Source of the DNA: Planctomycetota bacterium
Lineage (GTDB): Bacteria > Planctomycetota > B15-G4 > SIAN01
DNA: 64,000 bases
NCBI GenBank assembly: GCA_031409275.1
Contig: JANNXA010000050.1
Coordinates: forward strand, 1-64,000
Direction: 5' to 3'
A program made the position numbers and the translations under genes. Shown here in pieces: positions 28,801 through 35,396 of the stretch. Below the pieces are notes generated by a model that searched no databases, was not told the DNA's origin, and saw nothing but the letters and a program-made list of their open reading frames with translations. Numbering within the stretch: the stretch's first letter is position 1; the number at the start of each line of letters is the position of its first letter.

Positions 28801-29412
28801 CTTCAGCGCATCGGCGCGCAGCTTCTCGAAGTCGATGCGGCCGGTCGCGGGATCGACGACGTACGGCACGATCCGGAAGTGCTTGCCGGAGCGATTCACC
28901 GGCGAACCGTGGGTGAGGTGGCCACCGGTCGACAGGTGCATCCCCATCACCGTCGACTCGGCCGGGATCAGCGCTTCGTAGACCGCGTTGTTGGCGGCGG
29001 CCCCTGACAACGACTGCACGTTGCAGTAGATCGCGCGCGACGGCGTCTTCGAGGTGGCGAAGAGATCGGCGAGGCGGCGGATCGCCTCCGACTCGATCAG
29101 GTTCACGTAGTCGCAGCCCTTGTAGTAGCGGCGATCGCCGTAGCGTCGGTAGTAGGCGAGGTTGCGCGCGTCGAAGTCGAGCAGGTCGCGCTCGCTGAAG
29201 GCGTTGCGCGTCGAGGGGTAGCCCTCGGCGTAGAGGTTCGAGAGCGTCGAGCCGACCGCCTCGCGCACCGGCTTCGGGCACATGCTCTCGGAAGCGATGA
29301 AGATCAGCTTCTGCTGCTGCCGCTGCGTCTCAGCAGCGATCAATCCGGCGATGCGCGGATCGATGAGATCGAGGGTCGTGGCGGCGGAGGGGGTGGTGTG
29401 GGTGGGGTTCAT
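25831..29412 (-). CDS. glyA-gcvT: Serine hydroxymethyltransferase fused to a degenerate and an intact GcvT aminomethyltransferase domain
   Basis: SHMT motifs YAEGYP, GGHLTHG, TTHKTLCGPRG (PLP Lys), QGGP, NKN. GcvT motifs RTALYDWH, FAGWEMP, GLFDVSHMG, RTGYTGE, RTEAGFPLYGHEL. One uninterrupted frame. Confidence 0.92.
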   Translation of the reverse strand: MNPTHTTPSAATTLDLIDPRIAGLIAAETQRQQQKLIFIASESMCPKPVREAVGSTLSNLYAEGYPSTRNAFSERDLLDFDARNLAYYRRYGDRRYYKGCDYVNLIESEAIRRLADLFATSKTPSRAIYCNVQSLSGAAANNAVYEALIPAESTVMGMHLSTGGHLTHGSPVNRSGKHFRIVPYVVDPATGRIDFEKLRADALKEKPRLIIAGYSAYPWTIDWARFRAIADEVGAYLLADIAHPAGLVAAGEFPNPIDHAHVVSFTTHKTLCGPRGAVILSTDGDLARKIDLAVFPGEQGGPHINAIAGKAVAFQLAQGDDFKRLMKRVRENAAALAAGFAKGGLTLAYGGTDTHLCCVDLRTLVAASGEAVAADVAARVLDLVGITCNKNSIHGDTRPLHPSGLRFGTCWVSQRGMDVDDMGEIAATVVDTLTSMKPFQVHAAAGLIGRVRLPASVMRDAQRRVKKMIERREGAQFGAFSYPHYEPDGPAGVARVKVAALANGADDASALDSGAALVDTTRAPAIVVTGERSAEALQLALSGDLLRLRVDGSEVARALDAEGRLIGEFRVARLGKERRGFEQWLLTGDSESGLDLVQWLRDLSDGVVGFDADLMRKIDGPIVVEDHGVASHARAAVVLTVAGPKATAALAAAGLPTNVVPGTIARLKTGGENDVAAIVAHVVGGATVYEIVAEVAFANELAKKLATVAKPVSERAYLAWREKRGAPKVGAIPAALPKDAQKPYFIGQQALIGADGFAAQKEAFTAPTGGGLQRTALYDWHFALAKKSRIVDFAGWEMPTHYSSILEEHRAVRTAAGLFDVSHMGCYEVRGAGAGRFLDLVTTNYVGKLKDGEGQYSYTLAPDGHVLDDLIVYRRTAERFLVIVNASNAPKVEAWWRGVLAGRYALDAARPSVRCDVDVELINLKDRAAAGDQMRVDIAFQGPASLPTLRDLCDDDASRFALSHLKRFGLCEIRMGGDHVLAARTGYTGEEIGFELYLHPDRLVKHWEAILAAGRSRGVMATALGSRDSTRTEAGFPLYGHELAGEFDIGPHGAGYPSFVKFHKPFFIGREALLQREAARTHKIFRARITDPAARAVKPGDAVVDARGTYLGKVTSAVYAGVDQIVLVWCSKDALKKGDRIGIFQLPRDHKKLPPEPAKDALKSGDKVLLPVPAEITTRFLGNAEKGKRSYTK

Positions 29413-29548
29413 GGGGCCGCAGAGCTTAGCCGGGGGCGCATCGAGCAAGCGGCGATGTGAACGAACGCTCGCGGCGGCATTCCTCCGCGCGGGACGGTAG
29501 AAATCGTTCACGCGTCCCACGAACCGCCTGAGTCGGAGGGGGAAGTCG

Positions 29549-30361
29549 ATGCCGGCCAAGCGCCCGCCACGCTGCGAGCAGGAGCCCTGCGCGATCGACG
29601 CGACGGCGGTGCCGGCCTCTGGTTCGGCCGGGACGACGTTGCGCGTGGTCTGGAACCACGACTTCGACCGACGCGCGGCGAGCCTCTTCGCCGAGTTCCG
29701 CGTCCACCACCGCCCCGAGACCTTCCGCACGCTCGTCGAAGAGCTCGCCCCGCGACTCGTGCCGATGGTCCGGGCCCGGCTACGTCGCGGGATCGGACGC
29801 GGCGACGCGCGTGAAGTGGTCGACGACACCTTCGCGCAGGTCTTTCGACGCCGCGACTCCTTCTGCGATCGCGGCCCCGGCTCATTCGTGAAGTGGTTCC
29901 TCGCCATCGCGGAGAACCTCGTGCGCCAGGAGGCGCGGGCGACCCAGCGGCGCCATCGCCGCGAGAGGCTCGCCGCCAGACCCGAGGTCGACCGCGGCGC
30001 CGATCCGTTCGCGCTACTGCTCGGAAACGAAGAGCAGTGGATCGCCGGCGCGACGTGGGCGCAGTTGCGACGACTGGCGCTCGAGGCGGTCGCCGAGATG
30101 CCCTCCGACCATTGGCGATTGCTGGTCGACTTCGCGCGCGGCGGACTGACCTACACGCAACTCGCGCAGCGCGAGGGAATCCCGCGCAGCGCGCTGGTCA
30201 TGCGCATCCAGCGCGCGCGCGAGCGGGTCGTGGCGCACGTGCGCCGACGGCTCGACGCCATCGACGCGCGCGCCGCTCAACCGCCGTCCGGCCCCGGATC
30301 GGCCAGCAGCTCGAGCGGCTGCTCGCTCACCACGCCGGCCGCAATGAGGCGCACGGTGTAG
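29549..30361 (+). CDS. ECF-type sigma factor
   Basis: Region 2-like DAREVVDDTFAQVFRRRDSF...SFVKWFLAIAENL. Region 4-like GLTYTQLAQREGIPRSALVMRIQRARER. Start uncertain. Confidence 0.75.
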   Translation: MPAKRPPRCEQEPCAIDATAVPASGSAGTTLRVVWNHDFDRRAASLFAEFRVHHRPETFRTLVEELAPRLVPMVRARLRRGIGRGDAREVVDDTFAQVFRRRDSFCDRGPGSFVKWFLAIAENLVRQEARATQRRHRRERLAARPEVDRGADPFALLLGNEEQWIAGATWAQLRRLALEAVAEMPSDHWRLLVDFARGGLTYTQLAQREGIPRSALVMRIQRARERVVAHVRRRLDAIDARAAQPPSGPGSASSSSGCSLTTPAAMRRTV

Positions 30362-30389
30362 CGACCGGGCGTCGCGCTGCCGCCGCCGC
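30273..30389. repeat. Direct repeat copy 1 (117 bp): orphaned 3' end of the 35284..38076 gene
   Basis: 112/117 identical to 35280..35396 by manual alignment. Encodes ...ATPGRYTVRLIAAGVVSEQPLELLADPGPDGG* on the minus strand. Confidence 0.95.
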
Positions 30390-30451
30390 TCGGCATGACA
30401 GCGAATGGACTCCGTCCTCCCAGGCTGGATCGCAAGATGCGTTTGCCAGGG

Positions 30452-32229
30452 TCACTGGAGGTGAACCCACTTGGCGACCGAGGGCACCCCGGTGTTGCTG
30501 ATGAGGAACATCAAGTAGAAACCTGGCGGCGCCACGATGGAGCCCTGCGTCGTGCCGAACGGGTTCGGCGTCGGAGGCGTCTTGATCACGATGGTGTCCG
30601 GCGGCGCCGTTGCCGAAAGTTCCTCCAACTCAACGTAGCGCTGGTCCATGTCGCTGTGGTGGGTGATGGAGCAAGGGCGCATCAGCACGACCCGATCCAC
30701 CGACATGCCGATCGGCATCGGAGCGTACTGGATCGAGTAGGTGGTGTCGTAGTCAAGGAAAGGCCCGCTGCTCGTGGGCACGAAGACCGGTCGCGTTGAC
30801 GCACCGGTTGCAGGAAGATAATCGGGAGCAAAGACCTCGTAATCGTGCGATCGGACATCTCCACCCGCCGAGACCACCTTGCCACTCGGCAGCAGGGCCG
30901 CCGTCGAGTGGTACATCCGAGCGGAAACTTGCGGATTCTGCAGCACCCACTGATTGGTGGACCTGCGGTAGACCTCAGGTCGAGTTTCCGGAACCGGGGT
31001 GATCCCGAAATTGAAGTAATCGGATCCGTTGGTGCTGCCGCCGATCACGAGAACCGCCCCGTCCGGCAATAGGACGGCGTTCGCGACCATCCGACCCACG
31101 TTCATCGACGGGAATGACGACCACGCCGTGCTTCCCGTACCGCTGAAGGCATTACAGACTTGAACAGTGGGGCTGGCGTTCAGGGCAGTGTTACTGCTCC
31201 CACCCAGGATCATGACCCTGTCTTGCTGGTTCGCACGCCGCCCGACGTTCGGGAGAAGGACCGACGATCCGTAATTCCGGAACATGCCGTTGCCGAGAAT
31301 ACTCACAAGCGGCAACCACGCACCGTGACTCTGAGGATGAACGCGGTTCCCTCCAGTGTACATTCCCGCGACGAAGAGATGACCCGACGACAACAGGTGC
31401 TGCCGGGGGTATTCGCCGAACAAGCTGTAGCAGTGAGTACTCTGCCTGGCGTAGTCCGGGCCTTCATGGACACCGGGAGAAACCGGGCCACTGATCCAGT
31501 TTCCCGTGGCGATGTCCCAGATCTCGTACGTATCCGCCGCCGGATCAAGCGTCCCTCCATAGATCGCTGTCTCACAGTGGCGATTGTCAGTATCGACCAC
31601 CCCACCCGACACCATGATCGTGTTGTCGCCGAGAAGCGTCACGGTGGGATACCAGCGTTGGAGCGCCATCGGTTGGACGTACGTCCAACCCCAATTGTTA
31701 GCGGCGTTGACCAGCGTCGGATCCCAGATTCCAGCGAACGCGCTGCCCAGGTAATTCTGCGGACCGGCGGGATCGTCATCTGGGTACTTTATTGTTCCGC
31801 CAGCGACGAACAGGCGCCCATCTGGCATCCAGGTGTGCCCAGCACAGAAGAGGTCGCCGAGCCCCGCCGGAATCACGATCGAGTAGTTATCAAAGTAGGG
31901 AGGAGTCGCCTCGGGAGCCCCGACCGAGAAGCGCTGATCCCAAGGGCCCGGGCCGAAGTGTGTAGTATCGCTTTGCTTGTCCCATACGATCACCTTGCCC
32001 AACGGGCCGTCCGGGCCAACGACTTCGGCCAACGGGATCACCGCCATGTTGATCGCCTCGAACGACGTCAGCGCCGGGTCCCACGTCGCAGGACCGTTCT
32101 GCACCGGATGGCCGAATCCCGTGCCCACGAACCCCACGAGCCCTGCCCAGGAGGTGACTGCCGCGCGCCAGCCGTAGCATTTGCGAGCGTCATCACCAGC
32201 CAGATTCCTCCGGCAGATCGAATTCTCAT
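30452..32229 (-). CDS. Galactose-oxidase-like copper radical oxidase (AA5/DUF1929 type), probably frameshifted near the 5' end
   Basis: Cofactor and Cu-ligand motifs DLFCAGH, RWYPT, RMYHS, SITHH. C-terminal APPGFYLMFL. The signal peptide from ATG 32229 is in a different frame from the catalytic body. Confidence 0.85.
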
Positions 32230-32384
32230 GACCCACGCCCCTCCTCTTGACTCGGGTAGTCCCGTGGCAGATCCACTCTCCACGAGTAAGAAGCGACTCA
32301 AGGCGCCCCGAAGAGCGAGAACTCCGATGGCCCGCCGCGAACAGCCGTCGTGGAAATTCGACGGCTCATCATTGCCTACTTCCA

Positions 32385-35177
32385 TCACTTCGTGAGCGCA
32401 AAACCTTGTCCGGCGCCTGGCTTCGTCATCTTCGACAACAACAATGGAGAGCCGGCAAGCGAACTCCCACCCTCCCAAAGATAGAGCGCGCCGACATCGA
32501 CTGCGGCGAGATCCGCCCAAGGAGTTCCACTCACGATGTCGAGCAGTCCGTCGCCAGTGACGTCGGCGAGGTAGTACCCCTGTGAAGCAGCTCGACACAT
32601 GAAATCGAGTTGCTTCGCACTCGGGTCGATCAACTCGGCCAGCGGCTTGGGCGTGCCTTGCAGCACAACACCTCCCTCCCAAAGATACATCGCGCCCACA
32701 TCCTGCTTGCCGCTGAGGTCCTTGTACTGCGCGCTGGCCACGACATCAGGCAGGCCGTCACCCGTGACGTCGGCAATCTGGATCGACTGTCCAGTTGCCA
32801 AGCCGAGGAAATCGGACGCTCGGCGATTCGATGCCCTCAGCTCGGCGCGTGGAGCGGGCGTCCCAGAGAGCGTGCCTCCACCCGTCCAAACGAACAGCGC
32901 CCCGGTGTCCAAGGTGCCGCCGACGTCGAACCGGATCGAGCCGGTCACCACATCGAGAACATCGTCACCGCTCAGATCGACGAGCTGCACTCCTTGCGCG
33001 AACCCTCCGAGGTCACCGAGGATGTCGTTCGTATTGCCGTTGGGGGCGTAGAGTTCTGCGCGCGGCGCAAGCGAGCCAGTCAGCAGGGGGCCCCCGGCCC
33101 AGACATAGACCGCGCCCACATCCGACTTGCCCGGGAGCACGTCTGCAACGATCGTCCCAGCGACGACATCGATGTAGTCGTCCCCCGTGACGTCGGCGAG
33201 CTGGATCGAGACCCCTGCCTTGATGAAGAAGATCCCCCCTCCCGTCGACCCCAGCGCATCATTCGCCTGCGCTCCGGGGACCGAGAGCGTGGCAAGCGGG
33301 GCGGGCGTCCCGACCAGCGACGCGCCGCCGCTCCAGACGTAGATCGCGCCGACGTCCACCAATCCCGCGAGGTCCGCGAAGCGACTGCCGACCACCAGAT
33401 CGCGCACGCCATCTCCTGTCACGTCGTCGACCAGCACGCCCTGGCCGTGTGCGTCGCTGAGCCAGTCGTAAGCGACTGCACCGGCGATCGTGAGCGTCGC
33501 GAGCGGCGGCGGCGTCCCGGTCAGCGCCGCGCCGTCCCAGACGTAGACCGCGCCTGCGTCGATCACGCCACCGACGTTGGCGTCGCTGGCCGCCGCGATG
33601 ACGTCGACCCGGCCATCGCCGGTCACGTCGTCGAGGATCACCCCGCGACCGCTCACCCCGCCGATGTCGATCAGGCCGAGCTGGTCGGAGGCTTGGCCCC
33701 CCGGCACCGAAAGCGTCGCGATCGGTGTCGGGGCTCCGGTCAGGGCGCCGCCGCCTCTCCAGATGTAGATCGCGCCCGCCGCGGATGCGCCGCCGGCGGT
33801 CGCCCAAATCGTATTGACGACGAGGTCGGCGATGCCGTCGCCCGTCACGTCAACGATCTGCCCGACCGTGCCGGGATAGAGCAGCGACACCAGGTCGTAA
33901 GCGTCGCCGGTGTAGCCCAGCATGCTTGTGGTCGCGGCTCCCGCGATCGTCAGCGTCGCGCGCGGCGCGGGCGTTCCCTGGAGTGACGCTCCACCCTTCC
34001 AGACGTAGATCGCGCCGGCATCGACGACGCCATTCACGTCGATGTAGTTCGAGCCGGCGATGACGTCCAGCACCGAGTCGCCTGTCACGTCGACGAGCTG
34101 CGTGACCGACATCCCCAGTCCGTCGTCGGCCACCGCGGTCGGCGCCGTGAGCGTGGCGAACGGCGCAGGGGTGCCGCTCAACGTCGGCCCGCCTCTCCAG
34201 ACGTAGAGAGCGCCCGCCGATCGGACGCCACTGATGGTGACCGCGATCGACCCTGAAACGATGTCGATCAGACCGTCTCCAGAGACATCCGCGAGCTGGA
34301 TCCCCTGACCGCTGCGCTTCGTGAGAGTGTCGGAGGTCGTCGCGCCCGAAATTGTCAGCGTGGCGAGCGGCGCGGGCGTACCAGTGAGCGGTGCGCCGCC
34401 TTGCCAAACGTAGATTGCACCTGCATTGGAGACTCCCGCCACGTCCGCTAGGTACGTGCCCACCACGATGTCGAGCACGCCATCTCCCGTGACGTCAGCG
34501 AGCTGGATGCCTTGCCCCTTCCACGCGATTCCAAGTTGGTCGTACGGTTTCGCGCCCGGAATCGCGAGCGTCGCATCGGGCACGCCTGAGGGAGTGGGCA
34601 CCCCGTTCCAGACAAGAACACGGCCGGCTTGCGTGCCTCCCCCGTACTGCGCTCCCGCCACCGTGTCGAGCACGCCATCACCCGTGACGTCGCCGATCTG
34701 GATCGTCGCAGCCACGGTCTCGCCCTCGGCACGCACGTCGACTGTCGTGAAGAGCGGGACCTCCGGTTGGGCAAGGTCGGTCGCCCGGAAGGTCAGGTGT
34801 TGCAGCCCGCCGACGTTTTTGGGCACGAGCCATCGCACCTTGCCGATCGCAGTCACCCAGTCGCCGGTGCCGGACTTGCCGAGCCTGCCGACCGACGACT
34901 GCTGGCGATCCTGCACAAACACGCATCCCGGCGGCGGATTCAAGAGCGCCAGCGTCACCTTCGCTGGCTGCGGGCTGGTCGCCCGCACGGTGAATTCCAC
35001 CTGATCGCCCGCCATGACCACCGTGCCGGGCGGCAGCGTCGTCGTGAGCGTGGGACCGGGTGATGGCGCGCTCGGCGTCCACTTGCCGCTCGGCCCCGAT
35101 TGCGGGAACGCCGCTGCCAGCGAAAGCGCGGCCACCACTACGAGCAGCAGCAACCCGGGAACCTGCTTCATCGCCAT
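32385..35177 (-). CDS. Secreted FG-GAP/integrin-alpha-like repeat protein with an N-terminal Ig-like domain
   Basis: Signal peptide. About 11 repeats of DVTGDG..D.V.G...AGA.YVW.GG..L.GTPAP.ATL. Confidence 0.9.
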   Translation of the reverse strand: MAMKQVPGLLLLVVVAALSLAAAFPQSGPSGKWTPSAPSPGPTLTTTLPPGTVVMAGDQVEFTVRATSPQPAKVTLALLNPPPGCVFVQDRQQSSVGRLGKSGTGDWVTAIGKVRWLVPKNVGGLQHLTFRATDLAQPEVPLFTTVDVRAEGETVAATIQIGDVTGDGVLDTVAGAQYGGGTQAGRVLVWNGVPTPSGVPDATLAIPGAKPYDQLGIAWKGQGIQLADVTGDGVLDIVVGTYLADVAGVSNAGAIYVWQGGAPLTGTPAPLATLTISGATTSDTLTKRSGQGIQLADVSGDGLIDIVSGSIAVTISGVRSAGALYVWRGGPTLSGTPAPFATLTAPTAVADDGLGMSVTQLVDVTGDSVLDVIAGSNYIDVNGVVDAGAIYVWKGGASLQGTPAPRATLTIAGAATTSMLGYTGDAYDLVSLLYPGTVGQIVDVTGDGIADLVVNTIWATAGGASAAGAIYIWRGGGALTGAPTPIATLSVPGGQASDQLGLIDIGGVSGRGVILDDVTGDGRVDVIAAASDANVGGVIDAGAVYVWDGAALTGTPPPLATLTIAGAVAYDWLSDAHGQGVLVDDVTGDGVRDLVVGSRFADLAGLVDVGAIYVWSGGASLVGTPAPLATLSVPGAQANDALGSTGGGIFFIKAGVSIQLADVTGDDYIDVVAGTIVADVLPGKSDVGAVYVWAGGPLLTGSLAPRAELYAPNGNTNDILGDLGGFAQGVQLVDLSGDDVLDVVTGSIRFDVGGTLDTGALFVWTGGGTLSGTPAPRAELRASNRRASDFLGLATGQSIQIADVTGDGLPDVVASAQYKDLSGKQDVGAMYLWEGGVVLQGTPKPLAELIDPSAKQLDFMCRAASQGYYLADVTGDGLLDIVSGTPWADLAAVDVGALYLWEGGSSLAGSPLLLSKMTKPGAGQGFALTK

Positions 35178-35279
35178 CGAATCACTCCACGAAGTGCGAA
35201 GACAGGCCTCGGCGGCGAATGGCGACCGTAGATAGCGCGGGACAGGCAGAGCCGCCAGAGACCCGGCGCAGAGCCCCCC

Positions 35280-35396
35280 CCGCTCAACCGCCGTCGGGCC
35301 CCGGATCGGCCACCACCTCGAGCGGCTGCTCGCTCACCACGCCGGCCGCGCTGAGGCGCACGGTGTAGCGACCGGGCGTCGCGCTGCCGCCGCCGC
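35280..35396. repeat. Direct repeat copy 2 (current 3' end of the BNR/VPS10-like gene)
   Basis: Matches 30273..30389 with 5 mismatches. Confidence 0.95.

Larger units (their letters stand above)
30273..35396. mobile_element. Putative integrated cassette/islet (repeat spacing 5007 bp) without a recombinase gene
   Basis: Flanked by 117-bp direct repeats. Two-gene cargo that looks less GC-rich than the flanks (judged by eye, not computed). Confidence 0.65.
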
